Below, one piece after another: positions 1 through 8,820 of a stretch of DNA of 25,291 nucleotides. Location: NCBI GenBank assembly GCA_010015585.1, contig ML975153.1; one strand, given 5' to 3'. A program made the position numbers and the translations under genes. Positions within the stretch are counted from its first letter, which is position 1. Each line of letters opens with the position of its first letter. The notes under the pieces are model-generated. The model searched no databases, was not told where the DNA came from, and saw nothing but the letters and a program-made list of their open reading frames with translations. The stretch is from Eremomyces bilateralis CBS 781.70. Lineage: Eukaryota.

Positions 1-1545
1 CACAACGCGCTCATCCACGAGCGGTTTTTCGACCGCGTGTACGACGACCTGCGGCCGTTCTGGGGCGTGAAGCCGGCGAAGATCCGAGGGTTTGCCGCGG
101 GCTTCGGGGATGCGTTGGTGGTGCGGAACGGCACGGTTACGATTCGCTCGGACGGGGTGGACCGCCCGTGGCTGGGTCCGTGGGCGGAGATGGTGCAAGA
201 GGTGGCGGAGCATCTGCCGGACTTGGAGATGGCGATGAACGTGCTGGATGAATCGCGGGTCATCGTGCCGTGGGAGACGATCGCGGGTGCTGTGGAAAAG
301 GAGATAGCCGGTCGCAAATCGCCCGAACAGCTCTTCGAGTCGTTGGCCTCGTACCGCACTGAGTATGATCTGACGTGGCCCGATGAGATGTCCCGAGGGG
401 TTCTGTCGTCAAGTGCGCAGTTTGTGACCGCTGGGAAGTACTGGGATCTTGCAAAGCCCGGTTGCCACCCCGCGTCCCTGGCGCGCAACGATCCCTTTCC
501 CAATTATTCCGGGGCCTATCCTCCTCCCACGCAATTCCTCACGCACTTGTTCAACGACTACGTCTCGAACTGGACCCGAGCCAAGGACCCCTGCTCGCAA
601 CCTCATCTCCGATCGCGCCACGGCACCTTTATCGAACCTCTCTCCATCTCCACCACCACCGACCTCGTCCCCATCTTCGGCGGCTCCAAGCTCTCCATGA
701 ACAACGATATCCTCCTCCCCGCCGCCATGTACTACCATGACGTCTCTCCCGGCCACGTCTACTCCAGCAGTGGCACCGAGCCTCCCTGGGCCAAAAAATC
801 CACCAAGATGATCTGGCGGGGCGTCGCTTCCGGCGGCCGCAACCGCCACGACACCTGGCCGCACTTCCACCGCCACGGTTTCGTCTCCATGGTCAATGCC
901 ACCGCCGCCCACCTCGTCGAGACCGGCTCCAGCACCCCCGCCCAAACCTTCCGCCAGCTCTCTCCCACCGCCCACCTCCGCATCCAACCTCTCCGCGAAG
1001 GCCGCCTTGGCCAATGGCTCCCCGCCTTCTCCGACGTCGCCTTCACCGGCCTCGAATGCTTCCCGCAGGAACCCGGTTTCGGCTGCTCTTACACCGACCC
1101 GTACTTCGCCCTCGCCACCCCGCTCCCGTTCGCGGAGATGCTCACCGCTAAATACCTCCCCGACCTCGACGGGAACTCGTACAGCGCGCGCTACCTCGAG
1201 TTCCTGCGTTCAGGGTCACTGCCCATCAAGGCGACGCTCTATAATGAATGGCACGACGGGCGGCTGGTCGCGTGGAAGCACTTTGTCCCGATGGACAACA
1301 CCTTCATCGATATCTACTCCATCATGGAGTATTTCATCGGGTATGGCGAGAAGCCGCCGCACGATCGCGCGGCGAGGAAGATCGCGACCGAGGGGAAGGA
1401 GTGGGCGGCGAAGGTGTTGAGGAAGGAGGATATGGTGCTCTATACGTTTCGGTTGTTGCTGGAGTACGCGCGACTCTGCGACGATGGGCGCGAGGAGTTG
1501 GCGTACGTTGGTGACCAGGCGGACCGTAGCGGAGCGATACGTTGA
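1..1545 (+). CDS. Glycosyltransferase family 90 (CAP10/Cxt1-like xylosyltransferase-type) protein, 5'-truncated by the window edge
   Basis: The frame is open from base 1 (HNALIHERFFDRVYDDLRPFWG), so the listed GTG at 37 is not a real start. Fungal GT90 motifs are present: DLRPFW, NVLDESRV, LVPIFGGSKLSMNNDILLP, WRGVASGG, KYLPDLDGNSYSARY, EWHDGRLVAWKHFVP, IATEGKEWAAKVLRKEDMVLYTFRLLLEYAR. Stop TGA at 1543-1545. Confidence 0.92.
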   Translation, partial: HNALIHERFFDRVYDDLRPFWGVKPAKIRGFAAGFGDALVVRNGTVTIRSDGVDRPWLGPWAEMVQEVAEHLPDLEMAMNVLDESRVIVPWETIAGAVEKEIAGRKSPEQLFESLASYRTEYDLTWPDEMSRGVLSSSAQFVTAGKYWDLAKPGCHPASLARNDPFPNYSGAYPPPTQFLTHLFNDYVSNWTRAKDPCSQPHLRSRHGTFIEPLSISTTTDLVPIFGGSKLSMNNDILLPAAMYYHDVSPGHVYSSSGTEPPWAKKSTKMIWRGVASGGRNRHDTWPHFHRHGFVSMVNATAAHLVETGSSTPAQTFRQLSPTAHLRIQPLREGRLGQWLPAFSDVAFTGLECFPQEPGFGCSYTDPYFALATPLPFAEMLTAKYLPDLDGNSYSARYLEFLRSGSLPIKATLYNEWHDGRLVAWKHFVPMDNTFIDIYSIMEYFIGYGEKPPHDRAARKIATEGKEWAAKVLRKEDMVLYTFRLLLEYARLCDDGREELAYVGDQADRSGAIR

Positions 1546-1928
1546 TGGGTTGTTGGATAGTCCCCGGCGTCTGGGTTCTGGTGTTTCTCGCTGATCTAGA
1601 GCTCGGGCACAGGACAGGTGCCCGTTGCCATTAGACGAGCAATATCATTGATTTAGATATCAGTTTCTGCATTCCACCCCACCCGACCTTCTCCAACGCC
1701 ACGTTCACCCCCCTGTACGTCAACCAGGAGCGCGGGCGGAGAACACCGCCTCGACTTTTGTAGGTACCTAACAAAAAGTTATGTTATCTCGTCGCATTTA
1801 TTACACAGTGCACGCTACTGTTTTGCAAGGGGATCATAGCACTCGGAGGGGATGGAGTCGTTGGAACCCATGCTAGCTATCAAATGATTGATTGATGAAA
1901 TATTCCAACGAATACGAGTAGTGTACCA

Positions 1929-2820
1929 TTAGAGGGACCGTATATCCCTAATTAAGCTCAATGCGAGGGGGTCCACATGCATCGCATGCTTAAATTCCAT
2001 CCCCTGAGTCTCCCCGTAGCAACGCTCAAAATGCCGCGCCGCCTCGATGCCCTCGTACGCGCGCTCGGGGTAGAGGCACCTGGCGTTCCAACACCGCACC
2101 GGGCCGCGTCCGGCCATGTCGAAGCCTGCATCGGGTGCTTCGGGGTGGATAATCATCAAGTGGTCCAGGAGTTCCATGCCTCGGAAACGCTCGTCCGGAG
2201 TGGGGCAGGAGAGCTCCGGGCACCGGTATTCGGGGATGCGAGAATGGAACCAGAAGATATGTGTGTTGAGATCATCGGCGGTATAGAAAGCACAGGAACA
2301 GTCGCACTCGAAGAATGCGGCGCATTCAACGGCTTCGCGACTAGGAAATGTAAGCGAGTGCGTGGCGGGCGCGCGATGGGGTGTTAAACCTCTCTTCTCC
2401 ATTGCTATAGAGCGGATCGCCTTTCGTCGGGTGTTGAAACCGCCAATGGGTATCGAATTCCCATCCCGCATTGCAGATCAAACGACAAGCTCTGCACGAA
2501 ACCAGCGTGTCCATCCCCCAATAGTCCCTACCCATCCCCCAACGGACCTCCTGCCACCTCGCGTACGAGCCCATCTCGGGACCAGGAGCCCACAACCAGC
2601 ACAGGACTCCGAGCAAGCTCCTTCTTCGATCCCAGTGTAACGGCGTTTGCCGCACGAGATCCCGGTAGTTTTTGAACATGAACCAGTCCCCCTCGGAATA
2701 GGAACGGAGACTGCGAATGGAGCGGGACGGGTGGGGAGGGATTCGTTCTTCAAAAGCTGCGTGTTTGGAGGGATGGTCCACGTGCGGAACTCCGGGCGGG
2801 GTGCTGTTTGCTTTTGTCAT
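1929..2820 (-). CDS. Zinc-finger protein (three C2H2-like fingers plus one C2HC), two exons 2820-2390 and 2340-1929, 280 aa
   Basis: ATG at 2820 in CACC-ATG context. Removing a 49-nt GT..AG intron joins the 2341..2820 ORF in frame to the 1929..2471 ORF (..YSNGEE-S-REAVEC..). Fingers: CRAC-x12-H-x4-H, CDC-x12-H-x4-H, CPELSC-x14-H-x4-H, CWNARC-x14-H-x3-C. Confidence 0.72.
2341..2389 (-). other. Predicted spliceosomal intron (49 nt) of the zinc-finger gene
   Basis: Minus strand reads GTTTAA...GCTTAC-ATTTCCTAG. The donor is weak, but excision restores the frame and unites fingers from two ORFs. Confidence 0.62.
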
Positions 2821-4188
2821 GGTGGATGTCGAATAACCGTGAGCATAAGCATGCAGTGACTGCGGGTCATGGTGGAGCGGGAGCGTATCTGTCGTGCAGA
2901 CGGTATCACTGTAACTTTAGCGAATGTAGACACCAAGGCATTCTGATAGAACGAAAGGATATGGATCGATGGTTTGGTATCTGATGTTGTGATAGTAAAG
3001 TATATCGTTTCGATTTCATGATGGTTGTATTTGACCTCATGTTACTATCGCAGCTGCTTCGCAAAATGAAATACATTGACAGCAGCACGGCAGGGGCATT
3101 CATGCTACTGTACCAAGGACATTGTCCACGGATCAACGTGATATCCGAGGACCTGAAAATGGTTGTTTCCAGTAACAAAAACGAGAAGAACAGCGAAAGT
3201 ACCATTGATCAGCAGGTCGAAAAAGGAAGTTCCAAACAGAAACCAAGCGAGCAAATGACAGATTTGACATGAGAACTTGAAGCACGCAGAACATAGACAA
3301 CGAATGAACACTTTACAAGACATATATGTGTCGCCGAGGACAGATGGACTAACGGAAAGGCGAAGCGGTATGGTGAATTGGTCAAAGGCGCCTTATGCTG
3401 GCGGGTTGCTGAAAACTCGCAATCGTTCTAGGGGATTGGGAATTGTTATGACCAAGGTTCCACGTGAGTGGACTTTCAGAATGTCGAGACGATTCGTGCT
3501 AAGGTCAGTTAGCCAGTCCAGTTCATAATCAATCCGATATCCTGATGGATAGACATGGAGCCTGTCGGCGAGGATGGATTTGTACATGGACCGCGGGACT
3601 GAAGTTGATCAGATTGCAACAAGACACCGGCATGTAAATTAGATGCCCCAACAAAGATGCACCATTGGTGGACAGAATGAATTCAACACGTTCCATTACA
3701 AGGTGATACACTGCGAAACCCGGTCGATTCCCAACCAAACCGGGTATCGAACTCGGTCTAACACGAAAACAATTCCGGTGATATCCTTGCACACACATTG
3801 TTATCACAACAAGTCCTCCATCGAAAGAACTGGGAGGGATGCGTCGGGATGTATAGAAGAGAGAAAAGGGGGGAGTGGGGAAGTTGAGGAAACGAGGCAA
3901 TAGTGCCGATGGCGTGATGACTCTGCGCGACCTAGTTGTGACGATGCTGCTGCTACGGAATGCTGAGGGAGAAGCGTACGGAATACCGGTGAAAACCATA
4001 AGGAAAGGAAAGGAGCGACAGATACATGGGAAAGGTAACGAGCGGCAGTCGTATCAACGACACGAAACAGGCAAGGAAATCCTCCACAAAGAGCGACAGC
4101 ACGCTCCATCCCAGCATCGCAGCAGCATAGCACCTCGAAACAGGTAGCAGAGTCAGTAAATCAAATCAGCACCTCACCTCATCCCCAC

Positions 4189-7100
4189 TCATCTCCCCTC
4201 CTCCACACCCGGCTCCCCTTCTACCACCCCACTCGCCCCACTCGCCCCACTCGCCCGCCGACTCTCCGCCCGCCGGATCTCCAACAACTTCGCGCTTCCT
4301 GCTGACAGATGTCGCACGTGTAACCCCTGCTTCCCCAGATCCACCGATCGCGCCCGCTGCACCACGAACGGCTCCTCAGGGTGCCCGGTGTCGGACGTCG
4401 GCGAGCCTTGCTCGGGGGACGAGGATCGCGAGGGGCGGTCGGTGGGGATGCTCAGCGGATCGTCCGTCACCGCCTCATGCGCGCCCGCGGTCGTCTGCAG
4501 ATCTCTTGTCTCAGGCTGAGGTGTCGCCTCCGGCGTCGCCAGCTGCATTTCCTCCACCTCGGCGACCTCCCCTTCCATCTTGCCGCGTCGGAACTCATTC
4601 AGCAACCCCTCTCGGCTCTTCATGTGCGGTGCACGATGGACTAGCGTCGGCTGCCGCCCCAGCCCCGACTTCATCACCTCGCCGCCCGCGTCGTCGTGTG
4701 CGGGCGGATCGGCGACGGGGGCGTCGCCAGGGGAGTACTCGACGAACGGGGGCTGCAACGTCTTCGGTGTCTGATTCGGGTCGACGTCATCGTCCGTCCC
4801 GCCATCATGTGCGTCATGCGTCGAAGCCTTCCCGCTGATGCCGCTGACGCCCGAGCTCCGCGCCGTGCCGCTCAGACTTTGCTTCGCGCGCCCGCCTAGC
4901 TTCCCACTTAGCCAGCTGCCCTCGCTATCGATGCTTGCGAGGCTGCGACTCATGGGGTTGCTGGCCCGGCTGTGCCCCACGCTCCCCGATGCGCCGTCTT
5001 CCTCGTCCGCGTCCACACTGCTGCTCTTTGCCCCGACGCTGCTAATTCCCGATTCATGCTTCTCCTTGATCGCCATGTTTCCGATGGCGTCCGGCGCCGT
5101 GGTCGCGAGCTTTTTCGTGGGACTCTCGGGATTATCGGTGGGAGTACCACTCGCGCCCCACGCACGCTTGCTACCCGTCCGCACTAGCGCCTCCAACGAT
5201 CCACCCGGCATACCTCTCCCATCACGCCCGCCGGTGCCGACGCTCACGCTACTGCCATTCGCCGGCACCGGACTCTGCACGCGCGACGCACCGCGACTCT
5301 CTGGCAGATCTTCGCGGAACTTCGACATGGTGCGCACGGGCGCGCCGGAGCGGCCGCTGATGGGGGACATCGCGCGCAGGTCGTCGCGCGGGTTGCCGAA
5401 GGTGGTCACGAGGGGAGCCATCGGGATTGGGAGTGGCGTGGACGTCGGTGAGGACGCCTGGCCTTTCACGGGTGACGCGGGCGGGCTAGGGAGCATACCG
5501 ATGACACTGAGGTTCGGAGGTACGGTTTCGGATTTGGACCGCATGTGGTGTGCGCTTGGCACAGCTGCTTCAGGTGGTCCGTGGCCTTTTAGCCCCCATT
5601 CCGCACGGTGTCGCTCGATGCGGTCGCGGGATTCGTTCATGAAGCCGCGCTCGGCGGTGGCTTCTTTCAAGTTCCGCGAGCTCTTGCTGCGGCGGCCGCG
5701 TTTGAAGAGCATGACGGCGACACCAGCCAAAAAAGCGCCGGCAGCGCTGCCACGACGTTTTTTGCCGCGTTTGGCTTGCTCGTCGTCAGATGCGGTGGGC
5801 ACTAAGGGGGCGGGGAGCGCGGTCAGGCGGTCGGTTGGTTGGGGTAGTGCGGTGACGGGCTCGTCTTCGTGGTAGAGGGAGAGCTGGGGGATTTGGGGGG
5901 GTTCGTCGGGGATCTGGGAGCGCGTGGATGGGGTAGGCGACATGCGTTTCTGAAGCTTCTTGCGCTGGTGAGGTGGAGAAGGAGTGCGGGATTGGGATTT
6001 GGTTAGGGAACGGCGGCTGTTTCGGGGAGGAGTAATGGTGTTGGCGGCGACGATCGCGGCGTCGGAATCGACGGGTGGAGATTTCGAACGAGGAGAACCG
6101 GTGTTTGATACGCCCTTGGACATATCGGGATCAAGAGCGGGCGGTATTGACGGTGCAGGTTGGCGAACGGTCTCAGACCTATCTCCATCCTTCTTCGCCT
6201 TCGAGGGTGACCGTGGAAACGTTCCGTGTTGGGGCGACGGGGGTAGTGAACTTCCGGCCTGAGCACTCAGACTTGCATGCGAGTAGCGCACTTCTTTCGC
6301 CGTCTCAATCACCGGCTCTTCTGTGAACGGAGACTCCGGCGTTGCAACGCCCACAGGCACAGGAGATGCGGGCTCTGGTCTCGATTGCTTGCCGCCTGGC
6401 TTCGATTGACCGTCGTGGGGTGTCCGAATGGGTTGAACAGGCCCACCCGTCAGAGCGGCTTCGGTCTTCTCGAGTTCGATATCCCGCCGGTTCTGACCGC
6501 TGATCGCCGTATCCACCCTCTCCTGATCCCGACTATCCCTCACGTCCACCTCCCGTTCCGCTCGACTCTTTCCTCTCCCACCTGCCGGCCTTGCCGATGA
6601 CCCTTCGATGCCCAGACCGACCCCGTTATCCTCAGCTCCAGCTTCTGTCGCTTCTTCACTCTTCGCTCTTTGCTTCGCCGCCCGTTTCTCCAGCCGTCGG
6701 CGCACCCGCTCCTCATCCGCCTTCCTCTTCTTATCTTTCCTCCTGTGTTCCCGCTCCATTATTTCCCTCAACCCCGCTGCGTCCAGGTCGTCCGCCAACG
6801 CATCAATCCGCTTCGGCAACTTCCCAATCTCTTCCGTCTGCTCTCGCCGTCTCTTCGATTGCGCCCGCGCGATACTTTCTCCAAACTGCTCCATCTTGAT
6901 CTCATCCTCCTCCTGTATCGGCGGGTTTCTCCGCTTCCGCCCCTCCGTCCCGGCCCCAAAGATTCCCTGATCCGTCTGCCGTCGGCCCGGTGCCCCGAAA
7001 GAATACGCCACCAGCGTGGTTCCTCGCACATCCTCCTCCTGCGCTGCCAACCGAAGTTTCGGCCGCGGCGTCCACACCGACAACCCACCGACACTGTACT

Positions 7101-8259
7101 CCCGCCCGTCACTCCCACTCATATCGCTGGCGATGCTCTCTTGAAACGGCAGGCTAACGTCGCTTCCGGCTTGTTTCGTGGATTTCAAACCACGCCATAT
7201 TTTCTTCCCCTTTCGCGAGCCGGGTCGCTTGGTAGACTCACGTCGGAGGAGTTCGCCGGCGGTCGAGTACGTCGCATGGGGCTGGGGAATCGGCAAGGGC
7301 GCGGCCATGGCGCGGAACTCCTCCTCGCGGATGGAGGTGCGAGGTTTCTTTTGCTTGGGCTTTGTGGACCGTCGTCGAGGGAGGAGGCTAGATGAGCGGG
7401 CGTCGTCGCGACGGGAGTTGCTTCGGGAGAGATGAGGTTGGGACTCGGAGCGATCGGGGAGGACATACTCGTCGGCCGAGGTGTCTGCGTTGGCAGTGCC
7501 GGAGCGCGAACGATGAGGGTTGGTGTGAGATCGGGAGAGGTGGAAGTTGTACGGGATGATGCTGGATGCGGTGGATGAGTGAGTCGCGGGACGGAGATGA
7601 GGCGAGGTACGGAGCGGGACCGATGCAGGAAGGGCCGTGATGGATTCGGAGGATGAGGAACGGCGATGAGCAGCGTTATGGGTGCCTCGCGGCATCTGAC
7701 TCGTCTTGTGAATCGGATTTAGAGGTGGACTCGGGGTGTTGGCCCTTCCTGTCCGAGCGGCGGTAACGTTTGTAGGAGAAGCCGTTGTAAGAGAAGCTGA
7801 TGTAGTTGGATGTTCATCTCGAAGATAGTGTGACGGATGGGCCTCGGGGTCAGACGGGTCCAGATTTGTTAGACTTTTAACCGGACTCGCCGCCCCTGGA
7901 CTTGAAACGTAGCTCCTTGACATCTCCGGCCCAGGATCAGCCTTGTCGATGTCATTTTCCACCCTGCTTATAAAATGTGTCGTGACTCCCCCTCCTGACC
8001 CTCCCGAATTTCTTTCAGACGCCCTTTTCCGCTGCTGACTTCGTCGTTTGTTCAGCTTCCGTTGTGCAGTGCCTTTCGGCGGTGTGTCATGGTGTTGCAG
8101 CACCTCGCTTTCGCCAACCGCCCGATTTCGAGGCGTTCGCGGTCGTGATGACGGTGCTGTTTTGTCCGCGTCGCTTGTCCCGTGGCTCACGAGATCGCTG
8201 GATGTGGAAAGGGTGTTTGCGCGCCGTCGAGCCTTGCGACCGAAGGGCCACACAGGCAT
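4189..8259 (-). CDS. Large intronless Ser/Pro/Arg-rich, probably disordered hypothetical protein with a central charged coiled coil (~1356 aa)
   Basis: 4.07-kb uninterrupted ORF. The first ATG is at 8259 (MPVWPFGRK, A at -3); the listed start at 8283 is GTG. It has a helical charged segment IDALADDLDAAGLREIMEREHRRKDKKRKADEERVRRRLEKRAAKQR and short motif-like islands (SKFREDLPE, SLASIDSEGSWLSGK, HVRHLSAGSAKLLEI). No enzymatic domain recognised. Confidence 0.88.
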   Translation of the reverse strand: MPVWPFGRKARRRANTLSTSSDLVSHGTSDADKTAPSSRPRTPRNRAVGESEVLQHHDTPPKGTAQRKLNKRRSQQRKRASERNSGGSGGGVTTHFISRVENDIDKADPGPEMSRSYVSSPGAASPVKSLTNLDPSDPEAHPSHYLRDEHPTTSASLTTASPTNVTAARTGRANTPSPPLNPIHKTSQMPRGTHNAAHRRSSSSESITALPASVPLRTSPHLRPATHSSTASSIIPYNFHLSRSHTNPHRSRSGTANADTSADEYVLPDRSESQPHLSRSNSRRDDARSSSLLPRRRSTKPKQKKPRTSIREEEFRAMAAPLPIPQPHATYSTAGELLRRESTKRPGSRKGKKIWRGLKSTKQAGSDVSLPFQESIASDMSGSDGREYSVGGLSVWTPRPKLRLAAQEEDVRGTTLVAYSFGAPGRRQTDQGIFGAGTEGRKRRNPPIQEEDEIKMEQFGESIARAQSKRRREQTEEIGKLPKRIDALADDLDAAGLREIMEREHRRKDKKRKADEERVRRRLEKRAAKQRAKSEEATEAGAEDNGVGLGIEGSSARPAGGRGKSRAEREVDVRDSRDQERVDTAISGQNRRDIELEKTEAALTGGPVQPIRTPHDGQSKPGGKQSRPEPASPVPVGVATPESPFTEEPVIETAKEVRYSHASLSAQAGSSLPPSPQHGTFPRSPSKAKKDGDRSETVRQPAPSIPPALDPDMSKGVSNTGSPRSKSPPVDSDAAIVAANTITPPRNSRRSLTKSQSRTPSPPHQRKKLQKRMSPTPSTRSQIPDEPPQIPQLSLYHEDEPVTALPQPTDRLTALPAPLVPTASDDEQAKRGKKRRGSAAGAFLAGVAVMLFKRGRRSKSSRNLKEATAERGFMNESRDRIERHRAEWGLKGHGPPEAAVPSAHHMRSKSETVPPNLSVIGMLPSPPASPVKGQASSPTSTPLPIPMAPLVTTFGNPRDDLRAMSPISGRSGAPVRTMSKFREDLPESRGASRVQSPVPANGSSVSVGTGGRDGRGMPGGSLEALVRTGSKRAWGASGTPTDNPESPTKKLATTAPDAIGNMAIKEKHESGISSVGAKSSSVDADEEDGASGSVGHSRASNPMSRSLASIDSEGSWLSGKLGGRAKQSLSGTARSSGVSGISGKASTHDAHDGGTDDDVDPNQTPKTLQPPFVEYSPGDAPVADPPAHDDAGGEVMKSGLGRQPTLVHRAPHMKSREGLLNEFRRGKMEGEVAEVEEMQLATPEATPQPETRDLQTTAGAHEAVTDDPLSIPTDRPSRSSSPEQGSPTSDTGHPEEPFVVQRARSVDLGKQGLHVRHLSAGSAKLLEIRRAESRRASGASGASGVVEGEPGVEEGR

Positions 8260-8699
8260 GATGGGCGATGGCTGATCGGACACACGACGAGTTGCTAGGC
8301 GATGTCTGATATTGCGCCAGTGGTGATGCGCTATCCCTTCTCTCCAGATCTCGCCTTCGTCGTTCTACATGCGATGGTGGATGAGGTATGCATGAATGCT
8401 AAGAGGTTTGCGCTCGTGATGAGGGTCGTTAAGCTGCGTCGGGGCACTCAAAGTCGCAGGGTGTTACAGTTCAGCGAGTGAAGTTTCGCGAGTTCAAGTC
8501 TAGAACTCCGCGAGATACTATCCGAGAGTTAGGATAAGCTTCGGTGGCGATATGGCTGACGACGCCGTGAGCAACGACGTCACTATCCGACTCGGGGAAT
8601 TAATCGGCGCTTCGTTGGGGCTCGACACCCGATCGCGTGGGTATTAAATCGTTCTGGTATACAGCGAGTGATAGAAACAGTCGTAAAGGCCACAAACGA

Positions 8700-8820
8700 G
8701 AGGATAGACGAGGCGACACGGGTGAAGGGGAGGCAAGGTGAGGAGGAACGTGCGAAGGGAGAGGGCAAGAATCACGAGATGAAAAGGGCAAAAGGAGGGA
8801 GCAAGAGAAGAGAGACAAGG
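8700..8820 (-). promoter_or_regulatory. Pyrimidine-rich (CT-box-like) tract upstream of the large ORF, probable core promoter or 5' leader
   Basis: The plus strand is strongly purine-rich (e.g. gaaaagggcaaaaggagggagcaagagaagagagacaagg), so the coding strand is CT-rich, 440-560 nt upstream of the ATG. Such tracts are typical near fungal transcription starts. Confidence 0.4.

Noticed and set aside
260..1514. Several overlapping and antisense ORFs inside the GT90 gene
   Set aside because: Shadow ORFs expected from GC-rich codon usage; no motifs.
1929..2753. ORFs 2478..2753 and 1929..2471 are in the same frame separated by one TGA, suggesting readthrough or selenocysteine
   Set aside because: The 49-nt intron model uses the other frame, which has a good ATG context and a perfect C2H2 finger. 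The 2478..2753 frame has no real ATG start and no motif.
2906..4147. Short ORFs on both strands between the zinc-finger gene and the large gene
   Set aside because: No recognisable domain or consistent splice model; best read as 3' UTR and promoter sequence.
4229..4257. 9-bp repeat CCACTCGCC x3
   Set aside because: It simply encodes ASGASGASG in a disordered C-terminus.
4838..7395. 345-aa and 241-aa plus-strand ORFs antisense to the large gene
   Set aside because: Antisense shadows of a GC-rich, low-complexity coding strand.
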